Assembly (NCBI RefSeq): GCF_000315625.1
Contig: NW_005434654.1
Location: forward strand, 870,523 to 934,522
Source: Guillardia theta CCMP2712
Lineage: Eukaryota > Protista > Cryptophyta
Direction of reading: 5' to 3'
Length of the DNA: 64,000 nt
The position numbers and the translations under genes were made by a program. The notes beneath the pieces are model-generated. The model saw only the letters and a list, made by a program, of their open reading frames with translations, was not told the DNA's origin and searched no databases. Below are positions 27,601-38,474 of this stretch, piece after piece. Within the stretch, counting starts at the first letter, position 1. Each line of letters begins with the position of its first letter.

Positions 27601-29010
27601 ACGCTGTGGAATGTAGTCTCTCAAGCTCCTCTCAACCCCTCGGCCTCCCCCAACACAGGAAACGTCGTCGACAACGCTGACGGCAGCTACGGCACGACCT
27701 ACCGCTTGACGCAATCAGGAAGCTACATGGTCTCCATCTCCTTCGCCGGGGTGAGCGGAGCTGGATCTCCTTTCATGCTCGAGATCGCCAGCGCTCCAGC
27801 TGAGATCGCGCTGACCTACGTGTACGGAGATCTCCTCAACGTCGTTGCCGGTGCGACTTCAACCTTGTACGTGCAGACCAGAGACAAGTACGGCAACTTC
27901 ATACGAGTAGACCCCACAGCCTATCCCAGCGGCTCGGAAGACATCGTCTTCGAGCTGTGCCAGACTATCGGCAACGACGCAACCTTGCCGTGCTTGGGAG
28001 GGAATCAGGACACAAACGTTGGTATCACCATCAGCTACGCCGTCGGACCATCTGGTTCCTCCACTAACCCGGCTACCGGTCTCCCGTACTACGGCTTATA
28101 TCAGATCGTCTACTTCCCCTTCAACGAGGGCTCCTTCGTTCCTGAGGTGCGTCTTCCTTGCCTCCAGCTCGATGGTGACGGCTGCTCAGGTCAAGCACAA
28201 CTCTACCTACGTCCAGTGCTTCTTCGACACCTCGGGGCTCGGATCGCTGCAAATGGATCCTGGACAAGCTCGAGCGAACGCGTGCTACGAGCAGGTTTTG
28301 AGCCTCTCAGAACTCTTGCCGCTGACCAACAAACAGCTGCAGGCTGCCGGAGCCTCCGCCAGACGATCCTTGAGCCCGCAGACTCTGTCCGTGCAGAACT
28401 CCAGGAGGCTGGTCGGGTCTGGGAACACGAAAGTTGACATCAAAGCAAGCTTCACACCTCCAGGTGAGAAGCTCCCAGGTCGCTTGCCGCAGCTCACCGT
28501 GTCGCAGACAACACGACGCTCCAGTACTGGCTTACCTTCGCTCCCATCCTGTGCGCCGTCGCTGCCGTAGGGATACAGCTTCTCTGCATGATCGGGCGAT
28601 TTGCCCTTAACAGAAGACACGGAGCTCGCGAGCTCGTGCAGCCTGCGGATGTCTTGCAGGCAGAGCAGGATCTGACGCCGGTCAAGCACAAGGGAGCGGA
28701 GGATGCGGATACTTTCCAAGACTTCAAGGTGAAGTCGGCGACGTGTTTGTCAAAGTTGACGCGCCTCAACAGGACGTGCTTGGCGAAGATGAGGTAGCAA
28801 AGTGCAGGAAACTTGTGGAGGAAGGAGACGTGCGGCTTCTCGGGGCGATGGTGAGCGGAGGGAGGGAGGAAGCAGGAGAGGTAACTGTCAGTGCAGGACG
28901 CGTACAGCAAGACTAAGAAGATGACAGCACGGCTGATGAAGTCCTTGGCAGACCATGAAGAATCAACGGTTACACATTTGAGAATCCCTCCGTCGGCATG
29001 TGTTGAGTAG
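18697..29010 (+). CDS. Giant multi-exon predicted type-I membrane protein, copy B (as copy A plus a long Ser/Asn/Thr-rich insert)
   Basis: ATG 18697 gives MTEYNTIFETIIVLSLSVSTFAL in frame with the shared first exon. Same domains and introns as copy A. Ends ...SLADHEESTVTHLRIPPSACVE* (TAG 29008-29010). Confidence 0.85.
18733..28958. repeat. Right arm of the ~10 kb inverted duplication
   Basis: Near-identical reverse complement of 7863-17578, apart from scattered substitutions, small indels near the outer end and the 22615-23199 island. Confidence 0.97.
22684..22878 (+). repeat. Coding 27-bp minisatellite (TCGAACAGCTCGTCGTCTTCGTCATCA, ~7 units) encoding SNSSSSSSS
   Basis: Seen directly. Present only in copy B. 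Confidence 0.9.
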
Positions 29011-29699
29011 CTAGTATATGAAGTTTGATAGCCAAGAATGTACGCCTCAGTTTCGTGCCGTGACCGAGAGCCTGGCCTCAGTTCACTAGCGGCCCAGTGC
29101 AGCCGGAGCAGGAGCCTGGCTAAGTTCGGCGCGGCCCCCGCCCGGGGGCCGGCCGGGCCCCAGCCCTGCCGCAGTGCCAGGCTTTGACAGTATGCACGTT
29201 ACAAATTTTCGAGAACGGTTATAGTTCTAGATTTGTCATGCCACGCCAGCGGCATTTTTTTGCCGGAAATGGCCGGCGGTGGAGCAGGAGAGGGAGGGAA
29301 AGGGGATGATAGAGGAGAAAGAGGCAGATGTAAACTATGGCATGAGTGATGTTTGCTCATAGAGTTGACGATACGATTTTGGAAGACCATTGAGGCTGAC
29401 CTCCCAGATTATGTGAGATCAGCCTTTTTTCGCTGTAATTCCCTCAAGACAACATGCCGGATTCTTGATACTTGATTTACTTTCTTTCGTCAGATTCCAC
29501 GGTCTATCCCCCCTCAAGAATGTCCCAAGTAGAGGAGGAAGCTCCAGCGGAAGGTTAGACCCAAGTTCCTCTGCCTATCTTTTGCCCTGTATCATACAGT
29601 TGGCACTTTCCCCTCGTGGCTTACCTTCAACCTATGTGTGTTTGACGTTTGCAATGAACACTTGTAGAGACAAACGTGAAGACAACAACAGATAACTCA

Positions 29700-30929
29700 A
29701 CGGTAAAGCAACAATGATTCAACAGCGGAGATTACACTGAAGCCGGCATCAGGACGAAATCACACCCGATGAGTCATCTCCGCAAGCGCCTGGAGCAGGT
29801 GCAGCGTCAGCTGCGGACCAGCATGTTTGTTGCTCCTGATGAATGACACAAACCTGACATTGCCTTCAGGCCGAGGCCAAGGTAGATGATCCACCCGCCA
29901 TTACGTGAGACTGAAGCTGCACCAACTTGCAGAGGCTTGCAGAAGAGAGAGCTGCTCAGAGGGCGAAGGAGCAACAGGTTTGTGCATTGAACGGGTCACA
30001 GATGTCTCTCCTCCCCCCTTTGCTTTTGTTTTTCCTTTATTCCTCTTTTCTCTGCTCGTGTGTGTCCTTGAGGAATTTTTCTCACCAACGAATCAGTCAA
30101 GAATTGCCGAGATGAAAGCTTTGGAAGAAGAGGCGAACAAGCTCTTCAACGTTCCATCGGTACTGCGAATTTGTGGAAGTCTTGGTTGATGGCGATGGTG
30201 CAGGAAATGATCAAGAGCATGTCGGAGGGATTGGTGAAGTATCAAGGATGTTATGTCCAGAGCTGACGAGTCTCAGATTGGTTTGAATGAGGAGGATATC
30301 AAGAAAATAGCAGAAAAGCTGCATGCACTTCAGAATGCACAGGTGATGAAGTTGAGGGGGAGCTGGGAAGGCGTCCGATGAAGTCACTTTCATCACAGAC
30401 TGCGTTGATTGAGAGGCTCGCGCAAGAAGATAGGTGGCCAATGGGCCCCGGTTCTCTTCTCTCCTCAATCCACATGCAGGAAAGTGATGACGCTGCCGAA
30501 CATGGCGGAAGTCGCGCAAGCTTTGGCTCATGTGAGGCTCTCTGCTGATGGTGTTGCTCTCGTTTCTCATTGTTCACCAGGTGCCCTTGTACACTAAGAA
30601 GTTAGAAGACATGAGGAAGGACATGGACTCGATCACTAACGTATCGTTCGCTCCCCGCACGCTGATGCCGGCCCTGACTCTATGCTGAACCAGCGCGTGA
30701 AGGGGATGAGGAAGCGAGCGGCGAAGCTCTACACCAAGAAGTGACGGAGCTCCTTGGTTTGAGTCACGATTAAGATCATGGCAGGCAACAAGAAGACAAC
30801 TCGGCAGCGCAGAGGAGACAAGCGGAGCTTCTCCAGGTGCTCTTAGAGGTCTCACGACTCGGCTCTGGCCCTGATGGGCTGATCCTGCAGGAGAAGAAAT
30901 CCAACGCGGCAGCATCTGAGGGTCTGTAG
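29700..30929 (+). CDS. Snapin/Pallidin-family coiled-coil protein (BLOC-1 subunit 6-like); many micro-exons; start uncertain
   Basis: Spliced: MSEGLIGLNEEDIKKIAEKLHALQNAQTALIERLAQEDRKVMTLPNMAEVAQALAHVPLYTKKLEDMRKDMDSITNRVKGMRKRAAKL. By eye this parallels pallidin (L.Q.Q..L...L.QE...Y..KL..IRK.M......K.KKRA.KL). Confidence 0.6.
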
Positions 30930-32114
30930 GTAAGACAAACTTGGCTTGTTTCTCATGGAGCTGAATGGAACCTACTGGCGGCCCCACAGGCTGAGAGCAG
31001 AGGAGCCTTGAAATTTATTGATCAAAGAATCTCATTACGTGCCAATGCCCACTCCCCTTCAATCACACCTGGCATGACATAGCTGTATGGTCCTATGTCG
31101 AATTCATGACCACGATAAACACGAAGCGAAAGAGAACTATGCGGTGACAGGACCAGTAGGACGAGAGCAAGTGTGAGGAAGAGTAGGAGTGCAAGTTCTC
31201 AAGGAGGAAGATGAGGAGGAAGAGGGGAGGGGAGTGAGAGCAGCCAGACTGGGGTGAGGAAGGGATGAGGCAGGAAAGGAGCAAGAACAAACTTGCCTTT
31301 GCTTCTCTCAAAGGAGGGGTAGGGTACACATTGAAGTAGGTAGGGGTGTGCAAAAGTTTCATTCGATCCCCCTGTCACTACATTAAAATCATTTATTAGA
31401 GGGTAGGGTTAAATGATAGATTGTATGGTGGGTAGTAGATGTGGACTAAAGGGTAGGGTAGGCATCTATTCCCCAGGAAAGGGTGTAAATGGAACCAGCG
31501 GAAGAAGTAGAGCAGAAACGCGGCAGTCGAGAGGGCGAGGAGGGAAACGGAAGGCAGAGGAGAGGAGATTGAAGGAAGGACACAAGAGGAGAGGAGATGC
31601 TACAGAGGATGAGGGATGGGATGTCTGACAGATGATTGGTAAGCGTTGAAGTTGTCATGATATGAATGTTGAGAACGAAAAGAGTAGCAGAAGGTAGATG
31701 CAAGAAAGATATGGGATTCAGGTAGGAGGGAGGGAGGATCATGTGGTGTTGTAGCGATTCAAAGTATGTGCAGTAAAAACAATCATGGAGGTAGGGGGAG
31801 CGAACAGAAAGATGTGCGAAGATGGTTGTTAACCCGCGTAAAAAAGCGACGAGAGAAGGACAAGGAGCAAGGCGGAAGCGAAGACAAAACAGAATAGTCA
31901 GAGTGCGAATGTGAATGAGATTCAATGTGAAGGATTTGAAATTTTGCGAAAGGGGTGTGGGGATAGAGCCTCGAAGAGTTGGGGGGTTGTGACGTGTCAT
32001 GTGCATGCTTGTCCATTGTTGTAGTTCAGAAAAGATCGGGAAAGGGAATATGAAATTTCTTCATCAAAGGTCTACCAGAAGCTAACATTCCATCCAGGTG
32101 CCTAGAAAGCTGCC

Positions 32115-33810
32115 ATGGAATCAGATCCAGGTGAATTGCATTCGTTGCAAGATGGTCCGCAGTCGGATTCATATGAGCACGAAGCTTTGACTCGGGTATC
32201 CTGCTAGATCGCATACTTGCTGTTCATCCACTGACAGAGCTCAGGTGCGGGATGTGCTCGATGCTGTCGAAGTAGCGCTAAAGTCCAAGGAAGATGGCGC
32301 GTTGACAAAGGATTCTTCACAGTCCGATAATGGAGACATCCTGCCATCCACGTCTGACGGGTCGGGTGAGCCGTCCAAGCAGGAGGCAGGAGCCTCTCAA
32401 ACCAATGGAACGTCTGATCGAGGCAGTGAAGCTTCGGCAAGGGCGTTGAAACGACACGCTCTGTTCCACGAGCTTGCGAGCAGCAGGCAGAGACTGTTCC
32501 AGCTGCTCACGAAACTGAACTCATTGACAAAGAATGCTCATCGGTCACTTGACGAGAAGATGCATGGTGCTTACGCGAGATTCTCCGGCTCGGGAATGTT
32601 TCGTGGGGACAAGTCTCGAGCGAGCGGAACGGAAACGAAACGGAACCGCATCTTGTCGAACCTAAAGGACAACCCAGTCCTGAAGCGAACCAGCGCTGCT
32701 GCGATCAGAGCTGGAGACGAGGCAAGGATCCGATCTCTCAAGCTCACTCGCCGCATGTTGACGGGACGGACTGACACACGAGTGAGAGACTACGTCAAGG
32801 TCCCCCGCGTGATCCGGACTCTTGACAAGTACAGCTTCACCTTCGGCGTCCTCGGCATCACCCTCACCGAGTACGTTATGCTGTGCCGGCCGGAATCGTT
32901 CCGGTGGTACTACGCCATGATCATGAGCCCCCTGCTCGTGATGCGGTGGGTGATGTACCGCCAGGTCAAGTGGCAGTACTTCCTCATTGACTTCTGCTAC
33001 TGGGTCAACGGCCTCTGCTTCCTCGTCATCGCGGGGCCCTGGTCTCGCTCTCCCATCCTCTGGCAGACGCTCTTCATCAGCGCCAACGGGCCGCTGCTGA
33101 TCGCGATCCTTGCCTGGAGGAACTCGTTCGTATTTCACAGCGTCGACAAGGTGACGTCAGTGTACATCCACCTGTTTCCCTCCCTCTTCACCTGGTGTGA
33201 GCGGTGGCACGGGGACGAGGCAGCGAAACAGCCGATGACGCTGGATGGCTGGCTGATGTCCCCGCTCAAGTTTTACATGCTGTGGCAGATATTTTATCTG
33301 GTGCAGACTGAAGTGATTGACCGCAAGAAACTAGACGACGATCCCACGATCAAGACGTCGCTGCGGTGGCTGGCACAGGACAAGAGGAGCGCTCCCAACA
33401 AGATCGCACTGAAACTCTGCCGGTCGATGAGGATCATGGACGACAAAGAGAGTTTCGATCATCACAACTTCAAGACCAAAGTTGTCTTTGTTGCCATGCA
33501 GCTGCTCTACACCATCTTGTGCTTCCTGCCTACAGGTCTCGTCTACCAGTCCTTCTTCCTGCACTCTGCCCTCATCATCTTCATCTTTGCCGCGAGCGTT
33601 TGGAACGGAGCGAACTACTACATCGACGTGTTCAGCAAGAGCTTCGAGAGCAAGTACGCGGACCACTCGTCGGAGGGGAAGGAAGGAAGCACGGCAGAGA
33701 CAAAGGAAGGGACTGTGTTCGGGCAGGATAATCTCTCCAAACCTCACTCGGAGGAGGAGGAGGAGGAGGAGGAGGAGGAGGAGGAGACAGTCAGACCCAA
33801 GGAGGAGTAA
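32115..33810 (+). CDS. GPC1: Glycerophosphocholine acyltransferase (GPC1/GPCAT, DUF2838 family); probable intron 32196-32244
   Basis: Motifs DKYSFTFGV, YFLIDFCYWVN, GPLLIAILAWRNSFVFHSVDKVTSVYIH and SVWNGANYYIDVF. Poly-Glu tail. Confidence 0.85.
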
Positions 33811-33882
33811 GATGTGTGTGCTTGTGTGAGTGAGAAGTAGTTTGTCTTGAAGATTGCTCTGCAGATATGATAGGACTGGCCG

Positions 33883-36505
33883 TCAGGTTGTCCTTTTCTC
33901 TTGTTGGGTCAAGAAAACTCCTGTGATTGCATCGCGAACTCTCTCTGATCTGATCTTTCCTCCCGTCACCTCCCTCGCATCCCCTTCACACTCTGTGACC
34001 TTGCAGTTGCTGTCCACACAGTCAGTGAGGTAGGGGGACAAGCATGGCTGCCTGTGAAGCAGCAACGCGCTCTCACACGCCCACAGAGCCTCCTCCTTGC
34101 AGTGCTGGATGCTGCAGTCGGTTGCTCGTGCCATCGATCGCTCCACCTTTGCTTTCTCGTGCTCGTAGGTCGACACCCCTGCGTCCTCCCGTCACCTCAG
34201 GTCGGTGCAAGTCACCACAAGGACCGCTGGCGACGATGCCGCTCTCGCCGCAGGAGCAGATGAAGCTGTCGATGACGTCGAGCTGTCCTCCTACCGAGGC
34301 GACCTGGAAGCCGTCAGCGGGTGAGAGGAGGGAAGCTCTCCCACCGCTCCATCCAACCCGATCTCTTCGATCCTGCAGGAGTCCAGGAGCACGCGCCCCC
34401 TGCACGACGTGAGCTCGCTTTCCACTCTACAAAGGCCACCTCATGCTCGCTACTGCCCCGCAGCCGTTGCTTCCTCTGTCAGAGACCGTCAGCTCCAGCA
34501 CACGCCCACGAGAGGACCTGCAGGGCCCCAGGTGAACTCTGTGCAAACGAGCATGCGCTCTCCTCGAGGATGCTGGTAGGAGGCACTCAAGAAGTAGTCG
34601 TGAAGGATATAAAGGTACAGCAGGGAGTGAGGAAATTCTCCTCAGTGTACGGTAGCAGCTGTCCTGCAAACTCGTTGGACTCGTCGACCTGCCATCGCTC
34701 GTCACTCCCCCATCCTTCCTCTGCTTCCAGCTTGATGCATATCCACAACCTCCTCATGCTCCTCCCTCGTCCACACGCACCAAGTATGGAAGAGTCCCAG
34801 GCTTCTCCCCCTCTGCGATGACAGCGCTTCCAAAATCGCTGGAGATCGAGCAAGCATGCATGACGAGCTGGCACAGGAGCATTGTTCACACTGAGAACCA
34901 AAGAGCAAGCGCTTACTTCTCCCTCTTCGACCCGAACAGCGACTGGTCCACCCTCCCAGTACCCGAGCGCCTCAACCTCCTCACTCTCTGAGGGAACGAC
35001 GATGAGCAGGTAGACTTCACATCAGCAGCAGGATGCTGCATGCTCTTGACCTGGCGGTCGAAATTCTTCCAGCTGCTGCAGGTGAATCCTTTCGAGGACG
35101 AGCATCGAATTCCTCCGCTCCTGCGGGCCAAGAAGACCTTGAGAGGCTGAAGGGGAGAATCGTCATGGGGGAGCAGGGCAACCGAGGGATGCAGTCACAT
35201 GCTCCGACAAGGAAGATGCTGTTTGCTCTGCTCTTGACGCATACTCTCTCCTCCTGCAACCTTTGTTCGTGCACGAGGAGCTTGCGAGCAGAGCAACTCA
35301 CATTGAAGGCCTCCATCAGTACAACTCTGAGCATCGCAAGGTCAACAAGTTGCCACTTGCAACCCATCAGACCTGTCTTTGATCGCCAGGCAGCAATCCA
35401 TCTCATACTCCCCTCCTCGCACTCGCACTCTTTGTCCTGTTTCCTTGAAGTCTCGCACCTTGCTCACTGACCAAGTCACCTCCTCCCGATATCGCAAGCT
35501 CCTCCACCTGCCTCCTCCACACGGCCATCGTCAGGGACTACGATGACCGCCACCTTCTCCATCAGCAGGCAGATCAAATCTTCATGCAGCAGCCTGACAG
35601 CTCGTTTCAGCAGCGCCTGACACTCGTCTCCTCCACCACCTAAGTGGGCTGAACGAGGAGAGACTCTCGATCGCAGCAACGGCGATGGCGCCATGGAAAG
35701 TTTCCGTCCCGTCTTGCAGGCAAGTCAGCCATCGACGCTCCCACTCCCTCATGCGCCTGCATGTTCCTCACCCCTCCTGCCTTCAGCTTGCGCGGCGGAA
35801 CATCGCTGCATCTCTCCCATGGCGCGCTCAACCTTCCCTTCCCTGAGCAACTCGTTGAGATGATCCTGCAACGCAGCGGCAGGAGGTCAGCAGGTACATG
35901 GGAGGCAAAAGCCTCACGTCTTGCAGCCCTGACTTGTTGATCATCCTCCGCACAACCTCTTCCTCCTGCCCAGCAGCTCTCAGAGCTTCTCCTTGCAAAC
36001 TTCTCATGCATACATGTCTTGACAAGGGCCCATGCCCGAGCCCGCACCTGCTCCTCAGCTCCCAGGATGACCGACAGGACGTCTGCACATGTTCAGTCAG
36101 AGGATCTCAAGACGCTCTCCTGTGGCTCACTGTGAGGTAGCGAGCAAGATGGTTTAGAATCGCATCCTCCGCCATCTGAGCGTGGAGAAACGAAGCAGAT
36201 ATCAACATGCTGACAAGCCCGTGCATACTTTCCGTCGATCCTTCCTCCTGCTCCTCCTTCTCACCCCTCTCCTCATCCGACCCTCCCCGATTCTCTCCTC
36301 CGAGAGATCGGCAAACTGCCTCAACGCCCTCTCCGCGAAGGATGCGGAGCAAGTTGAGGAGCGCAGCTTGATCGAGAGGCGTCTTGACATGCATCACCCG
36401 AGGTTGATCCGCGTCCGCGTCCTCCATGAGCCCTAGGAGATACGAGCTCTGCCTCGCATCCTCCTCCTCAAACGCCACCCCGTCCACCATCATGGTGAAC
36501 CCCAT
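33883..36505 (-). CDS. Multi-exon protein with an N-terminal Skp1/BTB-like domain and a long uncharacterised C-terminus; 3' end approximate
   Basis: VDGVAFEEEDARQSSYLLGLMED...PLDQAALLNLL...LVSMLISASFL...DAILNHLARYL resembles the Skp1 pattern. Downstream exons are bounded by GT-AG signals. Confidence 0.45.
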
Positions 36506-36516
36506 CTTGCGGGCGG

Positions 36517-36830
36517 GCAGGGAAGAGGAAGGGGGGAAGATGCGATCTCAGGGGAGAACCAGGAGGGGAGGGGGAGGGAGGGGGAGGGAGGGGGAGGGAG
36601 GGGGAGGGAAGGAGAGGGAAGGGGAGGAGAGGGGAGAGAGGAGAGGGGAGGGGGAGGGGAGGGGAGGGGGGTTGACGGGAGAGGAAGAGGGTTGGGAGGC
36701 GAGGGGCGAGGTGGGTGAGGAAGGTGGGGGAATGGGCCAAGGGAAAGAGGAGGAGGGGCAGGGAAAGCAGGAGCCGAGCTGACTTGGTGCACAGGGGGAG
36801 TCAAGGGAGAAAGGAGAGGAGGAGGAACGC
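36517..36830. repeat. Polypurine (G/A) low-complexity tract upstream of the Skp1-like gene
   Basis: Almost pure GGA/GGGA runs. Confidence 0.8.
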
Positions 36831-36988
36831 ATGTCAGGTGAAGGACATGCTGCGCTCAAGGAAGTGAATCGTATACATGGGACCAGTAGATTCATGGACG
36901 ATTTACTGATAGCAAAAACAGCTCACACAAGCACAAAAAAGGAAGTGAAGACGAAGCGAAGAGACGTGTCATCGAACTGGCTTGTTCT

Positions 36989-38474
36989 CTAGTAAGGTTT
37001 CCCGTTCATGTTCACTTGATTCAAATGCGACATCTGGCCACCCATCGAATCAGAGATGGGGATGCCCTGGTGCACAAGGTTAGGAGCAGTTCAGCATAAC
37101 ATGGACACATTCTTCACCTGCATCGGCATGCCAGGCATGCCCTGTGCGCTCATGCCCTGATTATATCCTCCCATGGCATCCATGGATGGCATGGATTGGC
37201 GAGTTTGCGGACCTTCATCAGCTGGACGAATGAAACAAACGATGCAGTGGGCCTGAACGGTGATGTTTTCAGTCGCCCAGAATGTGAGTTGCTAAGAAAT
37301 CACCTTGTTGTTCTTCCACAGACAATTCATCTCCACGGAGAAGAAGCCAGAGCTTCCATCTTGACGAATGCAGTGCTCAGTCAACGTTGTGTGTGTAAGT
37401 TCGCCAGAGAGCAGTCTTGATACAGCTTTGAGAGTGTTCTGCGCAGAACCATTGGAAGGGACACAAACAACCAACCTCGTGTACCTGCATATCTTGTGGC
37501 GTAGTGAGGGAAAATAGAGTGCGTCCAATGAGTTTATGCCTTTGGTCCGCACTGTGGACGATTAAACCGAACAATCAAATAGGTAGAAAATGTTCACCTG
37601 TATCCTAGCATCGTAGCAAAAGCAGGGTTGACCTCGAGGATTGTTCCATCCACACCTTCAAGCCCATGAGCAGAGAAATTTCAAAATGACAAGGCTCGAC
37701 CTGCATAGGCGATCCCCATAGATGCCATCATGAACCCAGACCTGTAAGCAACATCGATGTCCAATCCACCTGCTCGGTAGAGTGAGGGGTTTCCACAACA
37801 CATATTCTTGTAATTGAGTAAGCATGATCATAAGAATTGGAAAGCAAATAATCGGTCAATTCAGTCACCATTGTTGGCATTCGAGTCGTCTGCAGCAGTG
37901 TCCTTGCTGTCACCGTTCGCTAATTGAAGGTGTAAGGGACCCGAAACAACAAGAGCGATCAATTCAAAGACCTTGGCGTTGCGTCAAGAAGTCAATCGCA
38001 CATTGGAGTACAGTGTTCATGGTGAGATTCGTTGCCCCGGCATCTTCGGTGTTTGGCAATAAATCTTGCAAATCAGCTAAAAGCTCTTTCGTCTGAAATC
38101 AACTTCACAAATTGGATAGGTGTCACTGGTAGCAAACCTTTTCTCGACGCTTCTGCTCTACAACTTTGTGCTTTTCCTTCCTGTCCGGCAACTCTCCTGA
38201 AGTCAAAACACTCAATAAAGCTGAAGAGGAACGAGCAACAAGACAAGCGTTGCTGAAACCCAGGAGACTCACCGGATTTTCTGGCGCGCTTTTGTCCTGG
38301 TTGATCGTCATCATCATCGCTGTCACCGTCACTTTCACCAAAATCCTGGCAAGAACAAATGTCAAAAATAGCTATCGTTTGCTTGCACTCGTTTGTAACC
38401 TGGTCTCGCTGTTGCTGTTGTCGTTGCGCTTGTAAGCGAGCCATTTCTTGCTGGTACTGCATCGACTGATCCAT
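36989..38474 (-). CDS. bHLH-PAS transcription factor with a single PAS domain, ~10 exons; start may lie further upstream
   Basis: bHLH: RKEKHKVVEQKRREK|TKELLADLQDLLP...LTMNTVLQCAIDFL. PAS: YRSGFMMASMGIAYA|GVDGTILEVNPAFATMLGY|S..KLIGRTLFSLTTPQD..CIRQDGS..IVCFIRP. Stop TAG 36991-36989. Confidence 0.85.

Noticed and set aside
7863-28958. Inverted arms as transposon TIRs or a Polinton/viral element
   Set aside because: The arms are intron-containing host gene bodies. No transposase, integrase, polymerase or capsid ORF lies in the spacer, and I saw no target-site duplication.
37200-38100. Fragmented AT-rich ORFs as a decayed DDE transposase
   Set aside because: They splice cleanly into the bHLH-PAS gene.
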